Shown piece by piece: positions 41,278 through 53,129 of a stretch of DNA of 64,000 nt. A program made the position numbers and the translations under genes. This stretch comes from Anthoceros angustus (taxonomy: Eukaryota > Plantae > Anthocerotophyta). The notes beneath the pieces were generated by a model. The model did no database searches. It worked only from the letters and a program-made list of their open reading frames with translations, and had not been told where the DNA came from. Position 1 is the stretch's first letter. Each line of letters opens with the position of its first letter. The stretch spans positions 411,949-475,948 of the forward strand of contig VJWM01000003.1 of the NCBI GenBank assembly GCA_010909165.1, in the 5' to 3' direction.

Positions 41278-44046
41278 ATGGCGTCACGACTGAGCTACGC
41301 ACAGCTTTTCTCCTTTTCCGTGGAATACACTAATCCGGATGAAAAGGTGCGGCAGACTACAAATCTCACATGGAGCAATCTGATGAGCATTGTCAAGGAC
41401 AACGTCAGACAGGTATGGCGTCGCCAAGCACCTTGGAGTTCACATTGTGCAATTTTGGATCTTTAGCTCCAGCCGATTGTGGCTGGATTGGCAACAGAAA
41501 CCGGGGGAGTGGAGGAAATGCGTTTTGGAAGTGAATTTCTCCACGGCCAATTTTTTCCTCCAGGACAAGGACAGCAACATCTCGGTAGGTCCGCCGTGTT
41601 CAGGATCGTGAATGAATGTGGTGGCTGGAACTTTGATGACATACCGGAAGGCATGATGAGATTGTCTGTGACCGCTTTCTACAGACGCACTTATTTACCG
41701 AGTACAAGACGTTCGCGATGTCTGGGAGCCAGGATGAGGACACACTCATCACCTTGCGGTTCAGGTATGCCACCTCTTTCCCGGAAAGGAGTCTCCGGGA
41801 GATGGCAGCGGAGGATGTTGGTGCTGGTTTGCAGACTCCTGGAAATTGTAAATCGTGGCTTTGACATATTGGATGTTAGGCAGCGGAGAGAATTGGCAAC
41901 TTTTGCTGCAAAGTGCTTCAGAGAGGAACACGTTGCTTCATCTCTTGGAGGTAGAGTTCTTAAATAAGGAACGGAGGATGATGAATCTATTGGTGTTAGA
42001 GCTGTGTGTGGATGTGTTCATGTGGAATAATATGTATCAACAGAATGTAGGACCTTCGCAAAGCCTGTTGGGCCTGACAAGTAGCAGGTTTCTGTGGTTC
42101 AGTGTTGCAAAAAGGGTCTGTCAGCCGAAGCAGCTGCCAAAAGCGGGAAGGGCCTCAATGGGCTGGTATAGATTGCAAACCTTAACCAGGTCATCTCCCT
42201 CTCACAGCATCAAGGTCCTTTGTTGAGAGCTTGTCTCCATCAGTTGCTGCACATGGTAACAGACCCTCGATACTGTGACAACAAGCTTCTGCTTCATTTG
42301 TCTCGCTCCTGAACAGGATAAAACTGTCCTCAGAAGCGGGATGCTCATGCGTCAGGGTATAACAGAATATAACGCCAATGAGCGGTATCTTGTTTTGGTA
42401 CCTGGAAAACTTCTGCTCTTCAAGGTGCATGTCAAGTTTGCTGAGCAGCCGAAAAAGAGAACAGGTCTCTGACGGATTGTGTTCTTTACACTACTTCCTC
42501 CTGCTGCTGTGCAGACTATGGACATCCAGGGAAAGCACGCGCGATTTGTCACCACTCTAGTCGGTGCAAGGGTTGAGGTTGGTTTACAGATCGGCCACTT
42601 CTTGCCTGCAATCAAGTCGGATGCTAATTGTTTAGTCATGCAGATGAAGCAGGCGCTGGAGTTTCGCATCCAGACTGCTCGAATGAAAGAGGTCATTTTT
42701 CTACCTGCAAGGCCGGTGAGCAACTCATTTCTAAGGTGTTTAGCAAAGGCGTGAGTTCTCGTGTGTTCCTTGCACCACCGGTTCAATACATCATGATGCA
42801 GGAGGACATGACCGCCTGGATTGGATCTTTCGAAAAGGCTATCAGCATTGGGGACCGGATTGTAGAAGCTAATCCTGAGCCTCCCATACTCAAGGTACTC
42901 AATGCACAGGGTGCGGATGGCGATCCATACGAGGACCTACAAGTGGAAGCATCTAGTAGCATGGCCAGGGATATGCCTCGACCTCAGTCGGCCCCTGCAC
43001 GAACACCAGTTTCAGGGAGAGATTTTGAGCAGCCCCGGGTAAGAGGGGGAGGCATGAACTTGGCAAGGAAGGAGCCACAAGTATCACCATGGAAAGTGGA
43101 GCGTCCACAACTTGACCCTGCCTTTCCCAGCTTCCAATCAGCAACTGGAGGCAGGGCTCAGGCTGGCCCTTCGTTCCCACCAGACCAGTCACCTTATGAC
43201 AACAGAGGCGGGAGCAGCACTCAGAGATCCGCTCCCGGCAGGCCAGCACCAATTCCTACCAGATTTCAAACTGAGCTGTCGAGGGAGAATTCTCCAAGCA
43301 GGAATCAGTACTCTGAACAGTTCGCCGGTGACTTTCCGGGACAGTCATCCTCAAAACCAACACCCAGAGGTCCAGAACAGGGGAGAATGGCCAAGCCCTT
43401 CCCTGGAGGCACTTCCATTCCTTACCTGGCTCGTAGGTCAATTGAGGCTAGCAGAAGTGAGTTTCTTGGAGCCGCTGAGGCAGTGGGCAGTGTTAATCCC
43501 ACCCGCCGGCCATCGCGTGGAGGTTCTCTGCCCCCGCCTCCTTCAGTTTTCGGCAATGTCCAAGCCATACACCCAATGAGAGCGGAGCCGAGCAACCAGT
43601 ATGGATCTCAGGAGATGGGCCAGCCCCAGGACATGAGGAATCAGAGTTCCTTCCAGAGAGCAAGTTCATCGCAACAGCAGCAGCGACCACAATACCAGGC
43701 TGGATTTCCAGAACCCCAAAATCATAATCAGGGGGGATACCAGCGTGGTCCTGTCAACCCACATGGGAGTCCACCTCAAGGAGGATACCCTGCAAACTCA
43801 TTCCAGGGACAGCCCTCATCCGGACCACCAAGGGGCCAGTTCCAAGGTGGATATGGCAGCCCTGCTCCTATGAGCAGCAACCCATATGCAGCTGATAACA
43901 CGAGAAGACCATCACGGGGTGGAGTCCTGCCTCCCCCGCCTGCCATATTTGGTACTGTGCAAGCAAGCCCTCCTCCAATGGCCCGAGTTGGAGAAGAGGG
44001 ACCACGCCGGTCCAGTAAGGTACCCAACATGCAATCTCGAAAGTGA
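41278..44046 (+). CDS. Uncharacterised protein with two PH-like domains and a long Pro/Gln/Gly-rich tail, multi-exon
   Basis: Spliced segments WQQKPGEWRKCVLEV...ITLRFSGENWQLLLQSASERNTLLHLLE and LRSGMLMRQG..YNANERYLVLVPGKLLLFK...FRIQTARMKEVIFL...EDMTAWIGSFEKAI have PH-fold patterning; the last exon is long and low-complexity. The phase of the first exon could not be resolved by eye. Confidence 0.65.
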
Positions 44047-44440
44047 GCTTAGAACCCGCACTTGCTGCAGTTACTACAGTGATGGATCCCTCTATTTCCG
44101 TGCAGACAAGGCGGAAGTCTTCAAGAAGTGGTAAAAAGAAGGTATGTACATGGCGTGGTTTTCGTTGTTCTTCCAGGTTGAAACATCCTCATCGAAAAAT
44201 TCAACTACGCCTCACATTTTCCTGTTGAACCTCGCAGAAGTCCGTGTCCGGAAGGTGAGCGTCTTCAAGCACAATGCAGTTGCTCAACTGTGAACAAATA
44301 CGAGTGTCGGAACCGATACGCCAGGACACACAAATTGACCTAGAGTATTTGCAAAATTAGGAAGCTAGGTTCGAGTTCCTTGTCATGCCCACACTGTGTA
44401 AACGCCTAACGGCTCGCTACAGTGTTGTTCCTGGAGAGTG

Positions 44441-45260
44441 TCATATTTCCAGCAAGGAGTTGACAACTCGGAAACTGTGATCTGGTGGCAGAGGAGCATT
44501 CCCTGGTCGCACCAAAATCACTGTATTGAGCCCTGCAGAGCAGACAAACTGAACAAGTGAAGCCCGGTGTCTCCAGCAAAGCTGAAGCACATTACTTACA
44601 TGTTCTGCGAATATCTCACAACCCGAACTCAGACTCACCAGCTTGTTTCGCTGCCTCAGCTTCAGCCAGAACGTCAGTGGCAAATGTGATATCAGAGGGA
44701 CTATCCACACCGACCGAGAGAGCAATTTCCTTGTAGCTTCGCGCTTCCCGCTTGCTTCTACGAACATGGAAAACCTCATGGTCGTCAGTGCAAAAACGTT
44801 TCAGCCCGAATCTCTGCATATTTTGTAGCAATGCACAGATACTCACCCCGTAGTGGTGTCGAAGTAACCAGACAAATATACTCGGAGATCCCCGTGCTTG
44901 GTGTTGCCAAAATTAGCCTCTGGGCTTCTCTACTTCCACTGGAATAGATGTAGGTCTGCCAAGATCATGTGTGTGAATTACAAGGGCCACAAAAGACATG
45001 CAGATGGCAGCTGCAGCAGGTAGCAGGGGAACACTGGTAGAGCGACCTTGTTTCCAAGAGAGTCCCATTGGGACAATGCTTCAGGCACATCCTCAAAAAC
45101 CTCCCCAGAAGCTCACCCTTAGCATATCCAGAACGCCATATATGTCCCTGTCAAGAAACACACATTAGAAGGAGAAGAAGACAGACAAATCGTTCTATGC
45201 AGTTCGTATTGCTAGTATCATGAAGATCATAGTAGAAACATAGGCACCTGCAGTTCCTTC
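44441..45260 (-). pseudogene. Duplicated 3' exons of DEP1 (C-terminal half of the enolase-phosphatase E1 domain)
   Basis: GHIWRSGY...[10 protein letters not shown]...[17 protein letters not shown]...[15 protein letters not shown]...[28 protein letters not shown]. There is no 5' part, and there is one homopolymer frameshift (GGGG versus GGGGG). Confidence 0.8.
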
Positions 45261-45651
45261 CAGAGCAAGTTCATCGCAACAGCAGCAGCGACCACAATAC
45301 CAGGCTGGATTTCCAGAACCCCAAAATCATAATCAGGGGGGATACCAGCGTGGTCCTGTCAACCCACATGGGAGTCCACCTCAAGGAGGATACCCTGCAA
45401 ACTCATTCCAGGGACAGCCCTCATCCGGACCACCAAGGGGCCAGTTCCAAGGTGGATATGGCAGCCCTGCTCCTATGAGCAGCAACCCATATGCAGCTGA
45501 TAACACGAGAAGACCATCACGGGGTGGAGTCCTGCCTCCCCCGCCTGCCATATTTGGTACTGTGCAAGCAAGCCCTCCTCCAATGGCCCGAGTTGGAGAA
45601 GAGGGACCACGCCGGTCCAGTAAGGTACCCAACATGCAATCTCGAAAGTGA
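45252..45651 (+). pseudogene. Orphan duplicated 3' fragment of the PH-domain gene
   Basis: Near-identical to 43645-44046 (one 2-nt indel); lacks the upstream exons. Confidence 0.8.
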
Positions 45652-46045
45652 GCTTAGAACCCGCACTTGCTGCAGTTACTACAGTGATGGATCCCTCTAT
45701 TTCCGTGCAGACAAGGCGGAAGTCTTCAAGAAGTGGTAAAAGAAGGTATGTACATGGCGTGGTTTTCGTTGTTCTTCCAGGTTGAAACATCCTCATCGAA
45801 AAATTCAACTACGCCTCACATTTTCCTGTTGAACCTCGCAGAAGTCCGTGTCCGGAAGGTGAGCGTCTTCAAGCACAATGCAGTTGCTCAACTGTGAACA
45901 AATACGAGTGTCGGAACCGATACGCCAGGACACACAAATTGACCTAGAGTATTTGCAAAATTAGGAAGCTAGGTTCGGAGTTCCTTGTCATGCCCACACT
46001 GTGTAAACGCCTAACGGCTCGCTACAGTGTTGTTCCTGGAGAGTG

Positions 46046-48653
46046 TCATATTTCCAGCAAGGAGTTGACAACTCGGAAACTGTGATCTGGTGGCAGAGGA
46101 GCATTCCTGGTCGCACCAAAATCACTGTATTGAGCCCTGCAGAGCAGACAAACTGAACAAGTGAAGCCCGGTGTCTCCAGCAAAGCTGAAGCACATTACT
46201 TACATGTTCTGCGAATATCTCACAACCCGAACTCAGACTCACCAGCTTGTTTCGCTGCCTCAGCTTCAGCCAGAACGTCAGTGGCAAATGTGATATCAGA
46301 GGACTATCCACCGACCGAGAGAGCAATTTCCTTGTAGCTTCGCGCTTCCCGCTTGCTTCTACGAACATGGAAAACCTCATGGTCGTCAGTGCAAAAACGT
46401 TTCAGCCCGAATCTCTGCATATTTTGTAGCAATGCACAGATACTCACCCCGTAGTGGTGTCGAAGTAACCAGACAAATATACTCGGAGATCCCCGTGCTT
46501 GGTGTTGCCAAAAATTAGCCTCTGGGCTTCTCTACTTCCACTGGAATAGATGTAGGTCTGCCAAGATCATGTGTGTGAATTACAAGGGCCACAAAAGACA
46601 TGCAGATGGCAGCTGCAGCAGGTAGCAGGGGAACACTGGTAGAGCGACCTTGTTTCCAAGAGAGTCCCATTGGGACAATGCTTCAGGCACATCCTCAAAA
46701 ACCTCCCCCAGAAGCTCACCCTTAGCATATCCAGAACGCCATATATGTCCCTGTCAAGAAACACACATTAGAAGGAGAAGAAGACAGACAAATCGTTCTA
46801 TGCAGTTCGTATTGCTAGTATCATGAAGATCATAGTAGAAACATAGGCACCTGCAGTTCCTTCAACGCAGTAATCTTCCTATCAGCAGCTATCATGGCAT
46901 TCACATTAGCCACCAATGCCGTGATAATGCCTGACTCTGTGCTCTCACTTTCTGAAGGAATCGGCTGGGCACCAGGTACTTCTGCCTTCAGGTCGTCAAG
47001 CACCTGCCCATGAGAACGTCAGCGAGTGCAGATGAGCACAGCCGTCCCACGACAGCAAAGAGGTCTAACTGTTACCTGCTGGCGGAGAAGTCTGATATCG
47101 TTCTGAGTTTCTTCTGAGTTATACGTTGATCTCAGATGGGCTTCCACGTTATCCCGGGCATATGGAAAAAGTACATCTGTCACAAAAGATATTGGCGTGG
47201 TGGTCCCTTCGATGTCCAGAACGTATATATGCTGCACCTCACGCACATAAAGCCCTCAGCCACGAGGCAAGCCAAATGACCTTCGGGAGCAGTGATGGCA
47301 TGCACGCCTTGCACTTACTGGAAGCTTCTTGTCTGCAAGAGACCCGTCCACAGAGAGTGATGGCTTGAGAGAAGCAGCAAGTTTCAGTGGACCGTGCTTT
47401 GGGTCAGCTGGATCCAGACCCAACTGATGGAGCTTGAGAGCAGCCTCGAATAGATAGTGATAGCATTCGGCCTGCACTGTCACAAGACTCACAGTGGGCC
47501 CCGGACTTCATACAACATGCTCCAACCACGAAAGAATGTTGCTCTGGACTGCAAGCAGCATTGATTAGGATATCTCACTTGCGTCTTGGCACTGATCCAA
47601 GAATCCCCCCAGATATAAATTCCATGGTTCCTGACAAGCACTGCCGTGCTCTTTGGGTATGCAGCAATCTGCAGGGGAATTCCCAACACTACATGAATGT
47701 CATTGCACTCACTCCTTCTGAAGCATGTAGGATAGAAATACAGAAGCTCTGTCTGACTTATTGCAGGAAAAAACCTACCGCTTCAGCAAGGGCATCAGTA
47801 AGCTCATACTCTCGCGCAGAATTCTCAATGATTGGCACAACAAGCTCATCGTAGTAGCCATGTCCAGCAATGCCTTTTATCATCTCCATATGTGTGATCT
47901 GGCACAGGCAACGAAAGGAGTTCGTCACGATCCATTTCCTGACCTGATCATGCCACACCTTCACTAATCTAGCAGCAACAACTGGAACCAGACACCACAT
48001 TATGCTACCATGTCTATCAAACTAGTAGTGCTCTTAGAAGAATTAAGCTAGCATACCCGGAATTCCTTTGCTGTCGGGTTTATCATAGTTGCCAAGCAAG
48101 ACTCCAATCCATGACTGTGTATGACAGCCCCGGCATTCCTCATCAAGTATGCCTGAGAGCAGACAAAGCAGATGCACTCCCCGAGTAAGAACCATCCGCA
48201 GCACTCAAAACGATGATGCTTAAGCCTGACCGAATATACCTTCAGAAACAAAGGAGCGCATTCGCTGCATTTGGGTGGTCTGTGAGGGGCAGGCTTTGCA
48301 GGTGGTGTGCGAAGAGCAGACCCATCTGCCCGCAACACATACATATCCTCCGGAAGCATCCTTTCTTTCTGCACTCCTAGCAAACTCAAAACCCAGCAGG
48401 AAATTCGGTCACCAGCTCCACATTGGACCCGACTTAGACCCAACAAATTCACCATGGGAAGCGGACCTGAAGGAGCCATGACTATGAGCCTCTCCGAGGG
48501 CGGCACTTTCTCATCGTGGACCTTCAATGTGATGCTACCCCCCGTGCCCGAAACCCATCCCAGCTGATAGAATTGCTTGCACAACTGCGCAGCCAGATCC
48601 ATGGCTTCCTTCACAGCACCACTCTCCAGCGCCGTCTCCACCTCCTCACCCAT
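46046..48653 (-). CDS. DEP1: Bifunctional methylthioribulose-1-phosphate dehydratase / enolase-phosphatase E1 (MtnB-MtnC; Yang cycle), multi-exon
   Basis: [84 protein letters not shown]; HAD motif [22 protein letters not shown]; [15 protein letters not shown]. The terminal exons in this copy carry several homopolymer indels (possible consensus errors). Confidence 0.92.
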
Positions 48654-48949
48654 CGATCAAGCACTGGCACGATTTGGGCACCCTCAACACTGACCGCCAA
48701 ACTTGTGATTCGTGGCCTCAGGATCTTGTTATCGATACCAAAGGAACGACGTACATACGTAAACCAGGATCAAACAAATCACAGACCAAGGCACCCTGAT
48801 ACACAGCACCACCACGGGATGAACGTCTCGAGACGTTCAGCACCTGCTGCCTGCGAGCTCCATCACTGATTCAGGCTCATCACCTCCTGCTCATCCTGCT
48901 GCTGGAGCCTGACACTTGCAGACAATTTTGGTGAGCTGCAACAATTTGG

Positions 48950-49200
48950 GAACGTTTTATCTCTGGACGCAATTGAGAGGGTTATCGCATTTGCGTCTCC
49001 AATTTGGTGTGTCACGGAGTTCGAGACAAGCAACAGTGTTTCTGTTTTTTCTTCCACAAGCAACCAGCAAGTCTAGTGTTTCTGTCGATTCTCCCAGTGT
49101 GGACGCAATTGAGGGTTGTTTTATCACATTTGCGGCTCCAATTCTTGGTGTGTCATGGAGATCGAGACAAGCAACCAGCAAGCCAGCTGTCTCTTCCAGT
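48950..49200. repeat. Degenerate ~130-bp tandem duplication
   Basis: ggacgcaattgag...atc.catttgcg.ctccaatt..ggtgtgtca.ggag.tcgagacaagcaac occurs twice. Confidence 0.7.
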
Positions 49201-49524
49201 GCTTAAGTCCAGTCTATGATATCATTGTCGAGCATGATTTTGCGAGTTTCATCGCTCTGCACAGGAGCACCAGCAACTTGAAATCAATACGATCTCTTGA
49301 ATAATTTACAATAAGAACTGAATGAATCCCTAAGCAAGTCTCTCTCGTGAAGCCCACCTATTCAGGTTCCTTCCCAAGGCAAGGAACCCCAATCCCAGAT
49401 TTGTTCACTGTAAAGATTGCTACATCATGCCATAAAGTAGGGGCAGGGAGCGGGGATGGCTGGGCTGCCCTCTGGCACAACGACATCATCGCCACTTGAG
49501 CGACTGTTGGTTTTTTTCCCGAAG

Positions 49525-50658
49525 CTAGACCACAGCATTTTTGAACGACGGACTTGGTTCTCTTAAAAGCCCTTGCCGTTGAGATGTGAGTTGCTGACGT
49601 ACATGATCAGTCCCGAATCTTCGAGTTGAGTACCTCATCATCGGGACCAATACGAGATAGAGAAGAAAAAGTATCAGGGGTGCGAACAGCAACCACCCTA
49701 CCAGCTGCAAATGGCCAAGCAGAGCATGATGAGTATGGTAGGATGATGTCTTCTCAAACGAGGTGGCTTTGAGACCATATAGCATTCATATCAAGACTGC
49801 TCCAACTCACCGCATGCAACAACCCTAGCAACACTGCCTTAGAGGCTCGACCAGTGATAGCACTCCAGAGTGCACTCTTCGACAGCAGCAGGTGTTTGCC
49901 TCCAGTAACCCATTCTCCAGTGCGCAGAAAAGGCACAATCAAGCTGCAGACGGTTCACACATATTCAAGCTTCAGGAAGAGAGGCTCCATCACATTTGAC
50001 ACCAAAGAACACAAACAAATGGCAAGACGACGTCACCTACGTAATCTCTATGGGAGTGGCAACTAAATTGGCAAGCATCAATGTAGGAGCATGACAATGA
50101 GATCCCAGCAGTACAGCTGCAAACCCACATAGTATGACTGTCACACCTGCACATAGACGAGCAAACCGATTCAGGTCATGAACCTACTTCCAGAACCGGA
50201 GCACTGCAGACATCAATAATGGTCCAGTACCATAGATCGGAAATATTCCTAGAGTCAGGCCAAGCGCTGCTGAGAATGCCAATTGCTTCGGTTCAGTGCC
50301 TCTGCATACCCACCAAACCCACATTTGCACTAAGCCAGTGAAACTCCTGCAATGCCCTCATCAATGCACCAGAATCCCCACCCTCTACGCAGCACTACAA
50401 TGCAACCCAATGCAACGGTCCCAGATACCTGGAAACAATGAGATAAAGTGGGTCCACGATCTTCACTCTGGCCCAGCGCACCAGCCACCAGCTCCGGAAG
50501 CCACTGTGCGCTGCCATGTCCTTCTCCGAGGTGCTCTCTTCGCTGCCGCTGTCTACAGAAACGCATATCTGGTCTGAAGAAGAGACATTCTCCGCATCTG
50601 CCTGCTCCCAGTCCCACGCCTCCCGATCTGAATTCGCCAACAGAGCCTCACTCGACAT
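49525..50658 (-). CDS. DUF2062-family plant membrane protein, 5 exons
   Basis: KIVDPLYLIVSRGTEPKQLAFSAALGLTLGIFPIYGVTVILCG...CHAPTLMLANLVATPIE..LIVPFLR.GE..TGG...LLHALVGWLLFAP matches the conserved plant DUF2062 pattern as recalled. Confidence 0.85.
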
Positions 50659-51105
50659 TGTGGGTGGAAAGGTGGTCGAAATTGGGAACGAGATAAGCGA
50701 AATGCAGAGCGAGGCGCCGCGGATCTGCCATAACTGCACTCGAGACTGTGTTGGCAGAACTGGCCATTGCCATGCCCGGGCGCGCTTCCTGCTACGTGTT
50801 GCCTGCTGGGTTGAAAATCGGCAAGTGTCATACCTTCTCTAAACTATAACCCGAACCACACCACTAACCACGGTTACCCGCACCAGTTCGCGGCCGACGC
50901 ATCTAACGGCTCGTGGCCTGCGATATGATCACCACGTGGATAATCGAATTTCACCTTAGCTTTGACATTTAGGTTTAATTCCAGCCAAGTGTGTACATAC
51001 GTACGTACCTCGAGTATCGAGGTACGTAGGTGGAACAATGGATGTATAACCGCACATACGTCTCTCTGAAGCTTTTGTGGTATGCAGGTCATACAATCTC
51101 CCTAG

Positions 51106-51178
51106 TCATGACATTGTAGGTGACTTCGGACATACACGGAGCCATGACATTGTAGGTGACTTCGGACAGACACGGAGC
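51106..51178. repeat. 36-bp tandem duplication
   Basis: catgacattgtaggtgacttcggaca.acacggagc occurs twice. Confidence 0.85.
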
Positions 51179-51275
51179 TTAGTTGCTCTTTCTACAGTGT
51201 GACCCTTGGGGGTCTCCCTTTGATGTCCTTTGGTAGATTGGGTTCTCACCCATCTCCGCTTTCCTTAATAAAAAC
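51175..51275 (+). mobile_element. Isolated 3' end of the CRE-like family, antisense in the cpRNP 3' region
   Basis: ggagcttagttgct...cccttgggggtctccc...gattgggttctcacccatc...ttccttaataaaa matches the 3' UTR of copy B (ggagcttagttgct...gatgggttttctcccatc...ccctcaataaaa). Confidence 0.7.
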
Positions 51276-51284
51276 TTTGAAAGT

Positions 51285-52693
51285 TCACGAGTGTCGAGGT
51301 TCCTTGGCTATGTTGACGGTAATTGTGGAGCCGGCTAAAGTGACACCATCCAGAGCTTGTGCTGCTCGTTGGCCCTCTTCCTGCAGGACCCAGGGTTGCT
51401 TCTGGTCAGATGAATTGTAACCGATGGAAAAACTGGTGGGAGGCTGGAGGAAGAGAATTTAGGCTACCTCCTCTGCGAATGTGACAAATCCGAAACCTCT
51501 TGACTGGCCAGTGATGTACTCTTTGATGATCTGCATGTAGGAAGGAGTGCTAGCATGAGCAGACATGTCTCTGAATCCTGGATGGGAGCAAGTGAAGTGG
51601 TGAACACCTTGGCCTGAAGGACACGGCCGTGTTGCCTGAAGATCTTCATCAGGTCACGGTTTGTCATGGTTTTGTCTAGATTGCCAACGTACAGCTGGCA
51701 AGGGTGTTCGGCGAGGGGTGAAGTCTGTACTACCTTTTTGTAGGCCAGGCGAACCTGCAAGATCCGAGCATTTGATGAGCATGGGAGGAAGGCTTGGTGT
51801 GGAAAGGTGCGGGAAGTAGGGATGTCAAGAGGGTGGGTGCCTACCATCAGGTCTCTGCCCCAGTAACTCTGTCCGTTAAGGCAGGTGACAGCTGCCTGAG
51901 CGTCTTCCGGGTCTTCCATGACAACGAAGCCGAATCCTCTATGCCTGCCTGTTTGCTGGCGAGATGACAGAAAAGGAATCAGAGACAGAAGTGAAGGTTA
52001 GCGGCAGGCAGAGCACAGGAGGAAATCACCTGAATGAACGTGTTGTCTGTGGCGAAAGTTGCAATTTCTATTTCCTTCACAGGCCCAAACTGGCTGAAAA
52101 GCTTGTGCAGTGCTGCACACGAGACACAACACACAACTCTTCTTGGACCATGATCTGGTACTGTCAATGGCAGCTCTGGGTTGTGTGATACTGCGGAAAT
52201 GGCGAGGTTGCACGCTCCCAGTCATCAGGAGAGACATACCCTTCCTCAACTCTTGGCCCTGGAAGTTGAAGGCAATCCCTCCAACATACACCCTCTGCGG
52301 ATCCACCTCCTTCACCGCCTTCTGTTCTGCACACTCCATATCCCCTTCAATATCCTGTTGCTCTGCAACGTCTGCCACCAACGGCTCCCCGGGCCCATCT
52401 CCTCCATGTTGCACGGTTTCAGGCGAGTCAACAACAGAGCAATCCACAGCTACTCCTCGCAGTGGAAAGCTTGGGGTGAAGTGGCCGGAAGGAGCAACCA
52501 CACTAAGACCCATGTTGGAGGACGCCACAAGCTTTGCCTTTGCAGAAGAGCATTCCCGCCCCGCCGTCTTCGGCCCCCTGCAGCAAGACAGACGAAGCCG
52601 CTCTTGCCTGGCCTCCGAGTGGTGCTTGTCGTTGAACCAGCTCACGAGCTCACTCTGAAACGGGTGTGGTGCGGAAGCTGCCAATGCAGCCAT
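51285..52693 (-). CDS. Chloroplast ribonucleoprotein (cp29/cp31/cp33-like): transit peptide, acidic linker and two RRMs
   Basis: Ser/Ala/Arg-rich N-terminus and acidic linker. RRM1 RNP2 VYVGGI, RNP1 RGFGFVVM; RRM2 LYVGNL and RGFGFVTF; ends ALDGVTLAGSTITVNIAKEPRHS*. Confidence 0.88.
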
Positions 52694-53129
52694 GATGCTG
52701 AAAACTCTACAGACGGCAGTCAATATGGAAAGAAGAAATCCGTCGCTGCTACCAGGATCAGCAACTGAAAGAGAACCTCCTTCGAGTTTCTGCTCACGGA
52801 GCTTTGCATTTTCTTACATCATCTCAGCATGACTGTGGGTGCGGACGGATTTTCCCTCGATGGTCGTCGCCAGGAGCACGAGGACTAGTGGCAACAATTT
52901 TTCCTAGACCCTACCATGTGGTGGGACAGCACACGAGATACGAAGAGCTCCCGTCCGCCTCACTTCCGGCTCAAGGGGTCCGGCGAGCTCCTGTGGTTAA
53001 ACAACATTTGTAAGTCAGCTTGGGTTGATGAGAAGTTCGTTTCCTTGGATATGCAGATGGGTCATGGTGCCTCTCCTTCCGAGGCGAGCTCCCGGGATAA
53101 GACTCAACCAGGCAGTCGTGCAGGATCGG

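Larger units (their letters stand above)
43645..46863. repeat. ~1.6-kb direct tandem duplication spanning the convergent 3' ends of the PH gene and DEP1
   Basis: 43645-45251 recurs at 45252-46854. AGTTCCTTC is present at all three breakpoints (43645, 45252, 46855). The differences noticed between copies are 1-2 nt indels in homopolymer or dinucleotide runs. Confidence 0.95.
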
